A DNA stretch of 64,000 nucleotides, taken from IMG/VR virus record IMGVR_UViG_3300021957_000009, positions 37,047 to 101,046 of that record. One strand, given 5' to 3'. The notes under the pieces were generated by a model. That model had not been told where the DNA came from. It did not search any database and was given only the letters and a program-made list of their open reading frames with translations. Numbering within the stretch: position 1 is the stretch's first letter; each line of letters starts with the position of its first letter. The position numbers were made by a program, and so were the translations under genes. Of this stretch, positions 47,263 through 57,235 are shown one piece after another. The stretch comes from a virus.

Positions 47263-47365
47263 TTTCTTCTCCTTTGCAAAGTAGACTAATTATGAGAGAC
47301 CCGACCAATTCGGCATCTTCTCTTATTATCCTCATAATATTATGAGAATTTTTTCTGTGCATAGT

Positions 47366-47373
47366 TATTTATA
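47366..47373 (-). promoter_or_regulatory. Late promoter TATAAATA
   Basis: Exact consensus overlapping the gp45 stop. Confidence 0.7.
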
Positions 47374-48034
47374 CACCGAAACTTGACGATTTCTCTAAAG
47401 CAATAAAATAATCCAAAGGATTATCCGCATTTCTCCAGTTGGAGATTAGCCTAGATGAAATCGATACCTTATAATCACCTTGTAGCATTTTCAGATTTGA
47501 AATACTAAATACGTAATTAAAGGTTTCAGTAGATGATGTGCCTAGATTAATGTCAAATGTATTCGCAGTAGAATCTTTCTCATTGAATACAGAAGCAATA
47601 ACTTCACCACCTTCACTACTGAAAGCTAATTCTGAATGTCCAAGAACTGCAGCAGCTTTCCTAATCTTATCTAGGTTCGTGGCCGAAAGATCTAGGATAA
47701 CTTCGCACTCTGGCATATTGATATCTTTACTAGGTTGTGTAAGAATCTCAATCTCAGAATAGTAGTACTTAATCCTTTGAGAACCATCAGACATTGTTAA
47801 GAACTTATCGCTAAATTCTAAGTCAGGTTCATCCATAAGATTGTACAGAGACAAAAATTCATTAAGATCGTATACGCCAAACGTTTGAGGAAAGTCCTCG
47901 AGGATTGATGCATTCGCCATAATGGTTTTTGCTTCGGAAATAGTCTTAAGTTCCTTTCCAGGCTTAAAGACTAGGTTCGAATTTATTCCCGAAAAGTTTT
48001 TCAGGATGTTAATAGTTTCACTTGATATTTTCAT
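47369..48034 (-). CDS. 45: Sliding clamp gp45
   Basis: ILKNFSGIN, FGVYDLNEFL, YFIALE. Confidence 0.93.
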   Translation of the reverse strand: MKISSETINILKNFSGINSNLVFKPGKELKTISEAKTIMANASILEDFPQTFGVYDLNEFLSLYNLMDEPDLEFSDKFLTMSDGSQRIKYYYSEIEILTQPSKDINMPECEVILDLSATNLDKIRKAAAVLGHSELAFSSEGGEVIASVFNEKDSTANTFDINLGTSSTETFNYVFSISNLKMLQGDYKVSISSRLISNWRNADNPLDYFIALEKSSSFGV

Positions 48035-48062
48035 AATTTACCTTTTTTAATTTGTTACCAGT

Positions 48063-48091
48063 ATTATAACACAGTTTCACGTGTTTGTACA
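48063..48091 (-). promoter_or_regulatory. Early promoter TGTACA-N17-TATAAT (gp45)
   Basis: Exact motif. Confidence 0.8.
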
Positions 48092-48095
48092 CCTT

Positions 48096-48380
48096 TTATT
48101 TTGAGTTAGACCTATCGTGCTCATAAAGCGCAAGTAATCCATAATGTAGTACCTTCATAAGATCTTTTCTATGATCATCTGAAGTTCCTTTCTTACCATA
48201 CCTAGCATTATATTTGTCAACATTTCCAAGGAAAAATCCAAGGCCATGGCCACGATCAATTATTACTTCGGAAGATTGTAATCCCCCTTGGCCATAATGC
48301 TGTCCGTACGTAGAATCGATATACGATTGGAACTCTTTAATAAGAGCTCCTTCGTTAAATTTGTAATTAGGCTGTTTCAT
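48096..48380 (-). CDS. Conserved T4-like protein (DUF3310-like)
   Basis: YIDSTY.QHY, GNVDKY..RYGKK, DLMKVLHY. Confidence 0.75.
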   Translation of the reverse strand: MKQPNYKFNEGALIKEFQSYIDSTYGQHYGQGGLQSSEVIIDRGHGLGFFLGNVDKYNARYGKKGTSDDHRKDLMKVLHYGLLALYEHDRSNSK

Positions 48381-49491
48381 TAATTTCCTCTTCAATGTTT
48401 AATACGCCATCATCGACCTTTGTGTAAAGATCTAAGAAAGCTGACTTAGTGTCGTCATCAAACCTAGCAATACATAAGTCAATCGCCTTAGCTCTATTCT
48501 TAAAGATAGAGAAAGTTTGTGCGATGTGACAAAGCCTTCTAGTTGAAATAACTTCATCTACTCCGTCATCATAGAATGTTTTTCTAATAATGTCTGCCCA
48601 TGTAACTAGCTTTTCAACAAAGTCAGTATCTTCTGTACCGAACTTAGTCATATGATTGTTAAGTATTTTAGTTTCGATAGATGGTGATGGAAACTTCTGA
48701 TCAATCGCAACAGTAAACCTTTCTAAGAAAGCTTCGTCAATGATTGAAGCAGCAGTAAACCTACCATCTTCTGATCCTTTACCTTTAGTATTCGCAGTTG
48801 CTATAACATTGAAGCCAGGCGCAGGAGTAATTGTTTCACCCGTTTTTTTAACGAGAACAGGTTTACCTTCAAGAATACCTTGAAGACACATAATTTTATT
48901 TGTAGCTCTATCAATTTCGTCGAGAAGAAGGATCGCGCCATTCTCCATCGCTTTAAGAACCGGTCCTTTAGAGAATACAGTCTCTCCGTTAATAAGTCTA
49001 AATCCACCAAGTAAATCATCCTCGTCAGTTTCAGGGTTAATTTGAACCCTTATAAATTCTCTGTTTAGTTTTGAACAAGCTTGCTCTACCATAAAAGTTT
49101 TACCATTTCCAGATAAACCAGAAACGTATACAGGATAGAACATCTGCGATTTAATCATTTTTACAACATCGTGAAATGCTCCCCATGGAACAAACGTTGG
49201 ATCCGCTTTTGCGAATGATTTTTCTTCGTTAACGATCGATTGCATTTTTGCTGCAGACGAAATGTCTATCACCTTATTGTCAACCTCTACAGTTTGTAGT
49301 AAAGCGCTTAAATCATAAGTGCCTATTTTGACTCTTGTTTCTGCGGTAAGCATAGGATAAAAGTCTTTTCCTGTGTAACCCATGGACTTTGCCGTGGATT
49401 CAATCACGTTCTTTCTGAACGCAGTTTGATCTGGATAATTTGTAGCCAGTTCTTTTAAAATATTTTGTGTTGAGATTTTCATATCTTTCAT
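48367..49491 (-). CDS. MoxR/CobS-like AAA+ ATPase
   Basis: GLSGNGKT, LLDEID, ATANTKGKG, AFLERF, ISTRRL. Confidence 0.9.
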   Translation of the reverse strand: MKDMKISTQNILKELATNYPDQTAFRKNVIESTAKSMGYTGKDFYPMLTAETRVKIGTYDLSALLQTVEVDNKVIDISSAAKMQSIVNEEKSFAKADPTFVPWGAFHDVVKMIKSQMFYPVYVSGLSGNGKTFMVEQACSKLNREFIRVQINPETDEDDLLGGFRLINGETVFSKGPVLKAMENGAILLLDEIDRATNKIMCLQGILEGKPVLVKKTGETITPAPGFNVIATANTKGKGSEDGRFTAASIIDEAFLERFTVAIDQKFPSPSIETKILNNHMTKFGTEDTDFVEKLVTWADIIRKTFYDDGVDEVISTRRLCHIAQTFSIFKNRAKAIDLCIARFDDDTKSAFLDLYTKVDDGVLNIEEEINETA

Positions 49492-49523
49492 AATGTAGTT
49501 CCTTATCAATTGTGTATGTGTAT

Positions 49524-49552
49524 ATTATACCATGGTTCTAGGGGTTTGTACA
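49524..49552 (-). promoter_or_regulatory. Early promoter TGTACA-N17-TATAAT
   Basis: Exact motif with A-tracts. Confidence 0.8.
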
Positions 49553-49589
49553 CCTTTTTTTGAAAAAAAGTATACATTTTTTAGCAGTA

Positions 49590-51728
49590 TTATGCGACAC
49601 ATCTTCCGAATGTGGTCATAAGAACCTTGTTCTGCTTTTTGCTCTTAGAGTACTTTTTAAACGCAGTAGCCATTTGGCCTCTAGTGTGATCTGAAGTGAC
49701 TTCGAAATCGTCATCCGCAGTTTCAAGATTGTTACCGCCTTTAATTAAGTAAAATTCATTGTATCCAAGAGCGTTAGTTCTAACAACACATTTGTTTTTT
49801 CTGTACTCTTTTTGAGCTTCCTTTCTTTCATCTTCAGCCCAAGCATTACCGCAAATATCGTCGACTTTAAAGTTAAAATCTCTGTTGTTATCAGCCATAA
49901 AGAATCCGATGCAGTTTGTGGCAAGTCTTTTGTTTATATTTTCTAATATTGCCGCTGTCGCTGCCTCTCTAGCTTCGGATTTTACTAACTTTCCGTCAAT
50001 CATCATGTTAATACCTTTCCACATTCCGTGAGAAGCTACTTTGTTATCTTCAAGAGATTGATCCTGGTAAGCTTGCATTCTGTTCGCATCTCCGTCAGAG
50101 AAAACGACTAGATTCATTTTTTCGATTGCGTGCTTAACTTTGAATTCTTTAATTAGATGATGTGACATAATCAAAGCTTGATTTAACGGAGTTGAACCAA
50201 AGTCTTCTGATTTTCCAATTATCTGTCTTGACACGTAAGAACCAGCCGTTGCTCTAATATGAAGAGCTTTAAGCGAAGCTTCGAAATCAGATTTTTTAAG
50301 ACTCGAAGAAGTCAAAAGCGGCATGCTTATTCCATCTAAATCCATATCTCCATCAAACAGTAAACCTTGAGTTTTAAGATCGTAATAATCAATATTGCTG
50401 TTTTGTGTTGTAAACGCATAGACGTCAAAAGGAATATTAACTTGCTTACAAAACAATACTAAGTGAATTAGCTGATCTAAAACATTAGGTAATGACTCAT
50501 ACATAGATCCTGAGTAGTCAATCAACATTATCATTCCATGGCTTTTAGCATCATGAAGTCTAGTTGTTTGTTTGAATATGTCCTCATTAGTCTTGTATGA
50601 AAACAGTTTGTTTACGTCAATAACTCCAGTTTTTGCGGTTGTCGCTTTAGCCCACTGAGTAGCGGCCTTTCTCATTTCGAATTCTTTAACTGCGACAGCA
50701 ACACTTCTTTTAGTTGTCTTGATATACGTAGGATATTCCATAGTTGCCTTAGCAATATCTTCTAAGATATACTCACCGGCATGTTCTGTTGAAATAGCTC
50801 TCTCTGCTTGAAGATCTTTAAAGTCAACAACTATCTTTTTTCTGATCTCTTTGTGAATATCAGAAACGACAAGTGTTTGTTGACCATCTTCGTCAGTGTC
50901 AAGTAGTGATTTTTCTGCTTTTCTAAAAGCTTCATCTGTTACTGAAACACCATTATGTCCGTCCGCTCCGTCACCAAGAGAAACAGAACCTTCGTCAGAT
51001 TGTCCGTTATCTTCTTCGTCTTCTTCATCTCCTGAAGAATTAGGAGTATTTTGTTCTTGTTGATCGTCAGGTTGATCATCTCCACCTTGCTGTGAAGGAT
51101 CACTTTCTTCTTCTGATTCAGTTTCATCAGTCTCGTCAAATTTGTTTTCGTCTGGAGTTTCTTCTTCCTCTTTATCTTCTTCTTGTGTTTTATCGTAAGC
51201 TACGATGTCTTTAACAAGTTCTAAGACTTCTTGAAAGTCCTCAGTTCTCATAGCTCTATCCATAAAGACTTGCTCTTCGTCAGTAAACTCTATATCAATA
51301 TGAGATCCGACTTTAGCTTGAAGATTAATTTTATCAATAATTCTTAGTTCTGAAACATCTATATCTTCAGTTCCAAAAAAGTTGTCTTCGAATAAGTTAG
51401 CGTATGCTCTAGAGAATGGACCGACTAAACCAGGATATCTAGTTTTTACTTTTCTCTCAATCCTAGCATCTTCTATTACGTTAATATAGGACCTAGGACA
51501 ACCCTGAAGTTTTTCAGGACTGTCGTGCCATCCTTCATATGGAGTTTCTAATGCATGGCCAACTTCATGACCTACAAATAAGTCATATACGTCTTTACCC
51601 ATGTCCTTCCACAGAGGAAGGCCGAGAACACGGTTTTTGATGTCAAACCATGGGGTTTGATAATTACCATGACGAATCGTAAGATTCTCTTTCGCTAGTA
51701 ATTTTGGTAGACTTGAATTGTGATACAT
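49590..51728 (-). CDS. Metallopeptidase-like plus VWA (CobT-like) protein
   Basis: HEVGH..EDARIE, acidic linker, DYSGS MIDAS, STPL, SDG. Confidence 0.85.
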   Translation of the reverse strand: MYHNSSLPKLLAKENLTIRHGNYQTPWFDIKNRVLGLPLWKDMGKDVYDLFVGHEVGHALETPYEGWHDSPEKLQGCPRSYINVIEDARIERKVKTRYPGLVGPFSRAYANLFEDNFFGTEDIDVSELRIIDKINLQAKVGSHIDIEFTDEEQVFMDRAMRTEDFQEVLELVKDIVAYDKTQEEDKEEEETPDENKFDETDETESEEESDPSQQGGDDQPDDQQEQNTPNSSGDEEDEEDNGQSDEGSVSLGDGADGHNGVSVTDEAFRKAEKSLLDTDEDGQQTLVVSDIHKEIRKKIVVDFKDLQAERAISTEHAGEYILEDIAKATMEYPTYIKTTKRSVAVAVKEFEMRKAATQWAKATTAKTGVIDVNKLFSYKTNEDIFKQTTRLHDAKSHGMIMLIDYSGSMYESLPNVLDQLIHLVLFCKQVNIPFDVYAFTTQNSNIDYYDLKTQGLLFDGDMDLDGISMPLLTSSSLKKSDFEASLKALHIRATAGSYVSRQIIGKSEDFGSTPLNQALIMSHHLIKEFKVKHAIEKMNLVVFSDGDANRMQAYQDQSLEDNKVASHGMWKGINMMIDGKLVKSEAREAATAAILENINKRLATNCIGFFMADNNRDFNFKVDDICGNAWAEDERKEAQKEYRKNKCVVRTNALGYNEFYLIKGGNNLETADDDFEVTSDHTRGQMATAFKKYSKSKKQNKVLMTTFGRCVA

Positions 51729-51756
51729 ATTAACTCCTTATCTTTAATATGGTACC

Positions 51757-51785
51757 ATTATACCACGATATGAGGTGCTTGTACA
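51757..51785 (-). promoter_or_regulatory. Early promoter TGTACA-N17-TATAAT
   Basis: Exact motif. Confidence 0.8.
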
Positions 51786-51850
51786 CACTTTTTGCGAAAA
51801 TAGTATATAGTTTTTATACGTATTTTTTATATAGAACGCGGTTATTATAA

Positions 51851-53566
51851 CTATTTGATCTTAGAGAAGTTGCGTTCTTTGATAAATTCGATCTTAGATC
51901 TAAACTTGTTCTCTAGGATATCGCCCTTATGGGATATAATGAATACATTCGTACCATCTTCTAGAGTGTTTAGAATTTTAGTTAGATTGTCGATTCCATC
52001 ATGATCAAGAGAAGAATCAAAGGTTTCGTCTAATACGAGCAGATTCGTAGATGCTGAATTTTTCATCTTGGCAATCTGTCTCCAAGTGAATAACAATGAT
52101 AAATCGATTCTTTGTTTTTCGCCTTCACTAAAAGAAGCGTAGTTAAATGCATCACGATGACGCGATCTAATAGTCTCATTAAAGCTTTCGTCTAAATGAA
52201 ATGCAACAAAAAAGTCAAGTACTTGCAAATACTGATTAATAAGTCTATTCATGACAGGCAAGTATTGTTTAATCACTTTAGTTTTTATGCCTGTATCTTT
52301 CAACATCTCGCCTATAACTTCATTGTACGTGCGCTCTTCTACATACTCTAGCTTTTTTTCTGTTATTGAGTCTTTGCTATCACGTAATGTATTTAGTTCG
52401 TCTTTAGCAACTTTTATATCACCAGATGACTGTAACAAAGTACTGATTTCTTTCTGAATCTTTTCGATCTCTCTTTGCATGATATTTATTTTATCATTAT
52501 TAGAGTTAATCTGACGTTGCTTTGCTAAAAGCTCTTTCATATTATTTTGACATTCTAGTAACTGAGATGCGCATTTATCATTATCTAGTGATAACTCCTT
52601 CATACCTTGTTGTATATTTGCGGCTGTCGCTTTAATATGGTTTAGCTTATCATCTTTAATATTAGCATCGATGTCTTGGTCGCACGTCGGACATATTTCG
52701 TTTTCTTCAAAGAATTTTGCTTGGCTAACCAAGTCTTTAATCTTAGATTTAAACAATTTATCTTCCGACTTAATATCAGATACTTTCCTAGACAGTTCAT
52801 CTGATTTTTTATTTTCAAGCTCCGTTAACGCGTCAAGGTTTTTACCTAGATCTGCAGATTGATTGACCAATGCCTTTACATCATCTTCGTATGCTTCAAT
52901 TGAATTTTCTTTTGATGCAATCATATCCTTATTGATTGCTTGTAGATCTTTAATGTATTTAGATTGAGTGTCCATCTTAGCTTTATATAAATCTAAAGAA
53001 TGATTGATCTCACCGAGCTCTTCTTTTATCTTAGAATTACGCTCTTTCAACAATGTATTCATCTTACTAAATATATTAATGTCTAATAGATCTTCAATAA
53101 CAGATCTACGAGACCACGCAGGTAATTGCATAAAGGGAATAAAGGAACTACTACCTAATACAACAACCTGATGGAATGATTTATGATTTAACTTAAGAAT
53201 GTTCTGTTCTAAGAATTTCTGATAATCTCTAGCATTGGAAGACTGATTGATCATATTACCATTTTGCCAGATTTCAAACTTGTTAGGTTTAATACCTCTT
53301 AATATTCTAAAGTCTGAACTACCAATAGTAAACTCAACCTCGACAATTGTGCCTTTCTTATTAATACTATTGATCATTTGATCTTTCTTAATATCACGAT
53401 GTGGTTTACCAAACAATCCAAAAGATAATGCATCCAGCATCGTTGACTTACCTGCACCATTCGAACCGACAATAAGGGTTGATGGGGTTCTATCTAATTG
53501 TACTTTAATTGTGTCATTACCTGTTGAAAGAAAATTCTTCCAACTAACACTTTTAAAATTTATCAT
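51851..53566 (-). CDS. 46: Rad50/SbcC-like recombination ATPase gp46
   Basis: GSNGAGKS, CPTC zinc hook, FSEGE, LDETFD, ISH. Confidence 0.95.
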   Translation of the reverse strand: MINFKSVSWKNFLSTGNDTIKVQLDRTPSTLIVGSNGAGKSTMLDALSFGLFGKPHRDIKKDQMINSINKKGTIVEVEFTIGSSDFRILRGIKPNKFEIWQNGNMINQSSNARDYQKFLEQNILKLNHKSFHQVVVLGSSSFIPFMQLPAWSRRSVIEDLLDINIFSKMNTLLKERNSKIKEELGEINHSLDLYKAKMDTQSKYIKDLQAINKDMIASKENSIEAYEDDVKALVNQSADLGKNLDALTELENKKSDELSRKVSDIKSEDKLFKSKIKDLVSQAKFFEENEICPTCDQDIDANIKDDKLNHIKATAANIQQGMKELSLDNDKCASQLLECQNNMKELLAKQRQINSNNDKINIMQREIEKIQKEISTLLQSSGDIKVAKDELNTLRDSKDSITEKKLEYVEERTYNEVIGEMLKDTGIKTKVIKQYLPVMNRLINQYLQVLDFFVAFHLDESFNETIRSRHRDAFNYASFSEGEKQRIDLSLLFTWRQIAKMKNSASTNLLVLDETFDSSLDHDGIDNLTKILNTLEDGTNVFIISHKGDILENKFRSKIEFIKERNFSKIK

Positions 53567-54624
53567 ACGACCTCTAAGTTCTGAGCTTCTGTATAAAGCT
53601 TTCTCAATTCAATTTTCAAATGATCTTTATCTAGTTCAGTATCAACTGCTTCTACATAAGAATCCAATAGTTCAGTTGTATCCTCTAAAGATACTTTTTC
53701 ATCTTCAACGCTTTCACCTAAATATTCTTCAAAGCTTTCAGCGATTTTTAATTCATATGTTTCTATGTTTTGAAGCTTATCAACAAACTTGTCGAACATA
53801 TATAGATCGTTCTTGGTTAATACTATCAGCTTAATAAACTTGTGCTCACAATCAGTAAAGTCAAAGTTGCTATAATCGTTATTAGTATCATCATATACAA
53901 TCTTTTTAAACATAGTAATAGGATTACGCACAGCCGTAACTTCTCGTGTTTCTGTGTCAAGTATATGAAAATACTTTGGATCATCAACATCAGCCCATGT
54001 AAATTCAAACTGAGAACCTAAATAGTCGACATTATATCTGGACGATCTTGTATGAAAATGTCCAGATAATACTTTTTCAAACCGTGAAAATATTTCAGCG
54101 TTCATTCCGTGTGGATTAGTAATACCTGCCATCATTTCAAAGCCAGCAAGTTCTAAATGAGCACCTAGTATTGGCGCTTTACACTTCATAGCAAAATCAA
54201 CGTACTCTTTATAGTTAGCGTTATTAATCCATGGAATCACTGCTACACCTAAACCATCATAATCTAGTACAGTAGGTTTCATAATAATGTTTACATTACT
54301 GGTAAAATAACCAAGCAACTCTTTGAGGCTGCACAACTCGTTAGTGTTTTTGAAATAGACATCATGATTTCCGGGTATAATATCCATGGTAATGCTGGCA
54401 TCACGCATAGGCTCAAGAAAATGCTTACGATTAGCATTGAGCGCTTTAAAGTTAACGAATTTTCTGTGCTCATAATAGTCTCCCAAATGCAAGATATTCT
54501 TAATATTATGTTCTTTCAAATAAGGAAAGAATATCTCCTCGTAAAATCTCTCTTGATACTTTAGAAAAATATCTGATGAATTTCTTACACCACAATGTGT
54601 GTCATTTAATATAGCTACTTTCAT
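53563..54624 (-). CDS. 47: Mre11/SbcD-like nuclease gp47
   Basis: DTH, GD, GNHD, GHFH phosphoesterase motifs. Confidence 0.95.
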   Translation of the reverse strand: MKVAILNDTHCGVRNSSDIFLKYQERFYEEIFFPYLKEHNIKNILHLGDYYEHRKFVNFKALNANRKHFLEPMRDASITMDIIPGNHDVYFKNTNELCSLKELLGYFTSNVNIIMKPTVLDYDGLGVAVIPWINNANYKEYVDFAMKCKAPILGAHLELAGFEMMAGITNPHGMNAEIFSRFEKVLSGHFHTRSSRYNVDYLGSQFEFTWADVDDPKYFHILDTETREVTAVRNPITMFKKIVYDDTNNDYSNFDFTDCEHKFIKLIVLTKNDLYMFDKFVDKLQNIETYELKIAESFEEYLGESVEDEKVSLEDTTELLDSYVEAVDTELDKDHLKIELRKLYTEAQNLEVV

Positions 54625-54625
54625 A

Positions 54626-55201
54626 TTATACCATAAACAATTCTAGTTTTTCTTTTTCTTTTTCTGCTTTCGCAAATTCTTTGATCTTATCATCTTTTAC
54701 TCTTATCTTATCGATTCTTTGTCTAAGAGTATCTACATATTCCATTGTTTGTTGTGCACCAGCATCATCCATTCCCATAGCAGCAAAGTCTTCAATTCCC
54801 ATTTTTTCGATAAATCTGAATTTAATTTCTTGTTGCTTTTTCTCTTTAGTGATCCTACGAATAAATGCAAAGAAACATATTTGTGTAAAATAAGAGAACG
54901 CATTAGGATTACCAGTCCTTGTTGCCGTTTCTATTTTATAGTTATTAATAGCTCTTAGACAGTTTTCGACACCATCCATAACCATCTCTTCACGATAAGT
55001 GTACCGAACGAAGTTCGGTCTGTGAGACAGGCCTTCTGATATTTTCATGAAGCAGGTTGCAATATAATTAGTTACTGTAGGAGTGACTTCGCCTGCATCC
55101 TTTGAGGCTCTTGCTGAAATCGCGTAATCCATAACAGCTTGAGAAAATTCCTTATTGTTTACGTAGTGTGGTTTATCTTTTGGTTTGATTTTTTTAGTCA
55201 T
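54626..55201 (-). CDS. 55: Late sigma factor gp55
   Basis: HYVNNKEF, NF..YTYREEM, NAFSYFTQI..AF.RRI..EKKQ. Confidence 0.95.
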   Translation of the reverse strand: MTKKIKPKDKPHYVNNKEFSQAVMDYAISARASKDAGEVTPTVTNYIATCFMKISEGLSHRPNFVRYTYREEMVMDGVENCLRAINNYKIETATRTGNPNAFSYFTQICFFAFIRRITKEKKQQEIKFRFIEKMGIEDFAAMGMDDAGAQQTMEYVDTLRQRIDKIRVKDDKIKEFAKAEKEKEKLELFMV

Positions 55202-55223
55202 GTGTTTCTCCCGATAATAGTAT

Positions 55224-55252
55224 ATTATAACATAGTATGCAACAAATGTACA
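55224..55252 (-). promoter_or_regulatory. Early promoter TGTACA-N17-TATAAT (gp55)
   Basis: Exact motif. Confidence 0.8.
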
Positions 55253-55296
55253 CAGTTATTTTCATTAAATTAATTTAGTTTTTTTGCATAAAAAGG

Positions 55297-55325
55297 TGTA
55301 CAAATCGTCAAAAGCGTGATATAAT
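55297..55325 (+). promoter_or_regulatory. Orphan plus-strand promoter TGTACA-N17-TATAAT
   Basis: Exact motif with TG extension and upstream A-tract, opposite orientation. Confidence 0.7.
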
Positions 55326-55354
55326 ATAAGAGTCCACTTGAGGCCAGGGGTATA

Positions 55355-55726
55355 CTAATGTATTGTTTTAGGCTCTGTTTCATCAGATTCGTACTGTTCT
55401 TGGATATCATCTTCAAAGGTATCATAATCATAAGTCTCTATAGTATCTCTAATCTCATCTTGACAAGAATACTTTATATACGACTCTTTCGTCTCAGATA
55501 CAACCTCGGTATGGTTGATCACAAAGCGTTTCATAATTTTAAACACTTTCTTGTCGGAAAATGGAAACCAATCTGCAAAAGTCCACATACCAGCAGGTGA
55601 AGCCTGCACGGCCGCAGGCCGTTCTACAATGAACGCATGCTCGCTCGCCGACTGAACATAACAAATAATGTTTTCACCGTTTGTTAGTTTAAAATGCCTT
55701 ACATCTACTTCTTCGATTGATTCCAT
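55355..55726 (-). CDS. Conserved T4-like hypothetical (Sm-like fold)
   Basis: FKLTNGENII, WFPFS; position between uvsW and 55. Confidence 0.7.
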   Translation of the reverse strand: MESIEEVDVRHFKLTNGENIICYVQSASEHAFIVERPAAVQASPAGMWTFADWFPFSDKKVFKIMKRFVINHTEVVSETKESYIKYSCQDEIRDTIETYDYDTFEDDIQEQYESDETEPKTIH

Positions 55727-57235
55727 TTATATATTTATACCATGTATTTTATAGTCAAATTTTTCTCTACTGTATATTCTGATACGCTCTCCAGCATGAT
55801 TTAACGTATAATTCTTTCGGGCCTTCCAATGTAAATCATCAGCAATATCATATACCTTAGTATCTATACCATCTGCAGACTTCCTTAATCCACGTCCGAT
55901 ACTTTGAAGAACCCTAATTTGAGACTTACTCGGTGAAGCAAAAATAATGTTGTGTAAACGCTTAATATTAATACCTGTAGAAAAAGTGCCCATACTAGCG
56001 ACAATAATCGCGTCGTCCTGCTTCTCTGTAATCGCTCGAATCTCTTCCCTCGTATCCACGTCGGTCTCACCTGAGACATAAAACAACCTCCTCGTATTTC
56101 TTGGTAATTCATCAAACTTTTTCTTTAATAAATCGTGCAATGGTTTTCCGTGCTTATCGACAAACTGGAATAATATCAGCGAGTTCCCTTCTTGATCCAT
56201 CGCTAAATTTGCTATAAAATTATTCCGCGCTTCGTATTTTACAATAAAGTCAATCTCTTCTTGGTACTTCATCTTCGATACTAATCTGCAATGTTCATCG
56301 CTATATTTCAATAACAAGACAAATATGTCGAGTTGTGACAATGAGTTTTCTTCAATCAGCTTTTTAGTAGTAGTGACTTTATGCACAGGGCCAAATAGAC
56401 CTTCTAAAACTAACTGATGTGTCTGTGTGCCATCTAATGTTCCTGTTGTTCCTAAACGATATTGTGCATTCACGCACTTTTCCAATATAGCAGTTAAAGA
56501 CTTAGCTTTAAAATTATGCGCTTCATCACCAATCACCATGCCGTAATTTTCAAACCATGGGGTCTGCATTTTATATATTGATTGCCATGTAGTAATAATT
56601 ACACGGTGCTTTAAGTTATACTTTTCTTTGCCTGAATATATTTTATGGCAATTAGATTCTACCGACCATTCGTCGTTTGTGGAATAATCGCCAAAGTCTG
56701 AATACATTTGTTCAACTAGCGATGTTGTAGGCACAATAAGCAATACGTTTCTGTCATACATCTCTAAAAAATATCTAACAGCTAAATATATAATTAAACT
56801 TTTACCAGAAGCTGTAGGACTTAATAACAAAGAACTTTTATTAGTCAGCGCATGTGAGAGCGCACTTAGTTGATAATCTCTAGGTGTTATACTATCTCCG
56901 TTAGCCGTGAGCGTCACCTGTTTCAGCAAACTTTCAATATCATGAAGCTCTTCAATGTCGGGCCGTCCATACATAGAATTATCTTCTACTATAAACTCAT
57001 AATTACGAGCATTCGCAAATTCAATAAGGTACTTATAAAGTCCCGCGTAAATTTGTTTTTTTCTTAAATCGTACAATCGTATCTTACCATCCCACATACG
57101 ATTTTTGTATGACGGCATAAACTTATAACCTGGTACATAAAAACAGAAGTGTTCTGACAACTCCATTTCTATTCCTGGTTCAGTTATAACACTTAGAAAT
57201 ACCTCGTTCTTTTTCTTAACGACTATTTTTTCCAT
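55727..57235 (-). CDS. uvsW: SF2 helicase UvsW
   Basis: PRDYQ, SPTASGKS, DEAH, QSIGRGLR. Confidence 0.95.
   Translation of the reverse strand: MEKIVVKKKNEVFLSVITEPGIEMELSEHFCFYVPGYKFMPSYKNRMWDGKIRLYDLRKKQIYAGLYKYLIEFANARNYEFIVEDNSMYGRPDIEELHDIESLLKQVTLTANGDSITPRDYQLSALSHALTNKSSLLLSPTASGKSLIIYLAVRYFLEMYDRNVLLIVPTTSLVEQMYSDFGDYSTNDEWSVESNCHKIYSGKEKYNLKHRVIITTWQSIYKMQTPWFENYGMVIGDEAHNFKAKSLTAILEKCVNAQYRLGTTGTLDGTQTHQLVLEGLFGPVHKVTTTKKLIEENSLSQLDIFVLLLKYSDEHCRLVSKMKYQEEIDFIVKYEARNNFIANLAMDQEGNSLILFQFVDKHGKPLHDLLKKKFDELPRNTRRLFYVSGETDVDTREEIRAITEKQDDAIIVASMGTFSTGINIKRLHNIIFASPSKSQIRVLQSIGRGLRKSADGIDTKVYDIADDLHWKARKNYTLNHAGERIRIYSREKFDYKIHGINI

Noticed and set aside
48367-51728. Cobalamin-synthesis auxiliary genes (cobS/cobT)
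   Set aside because: Generic MoxR-AAA plus VWA pair common in T4-like phages; no other cob genes
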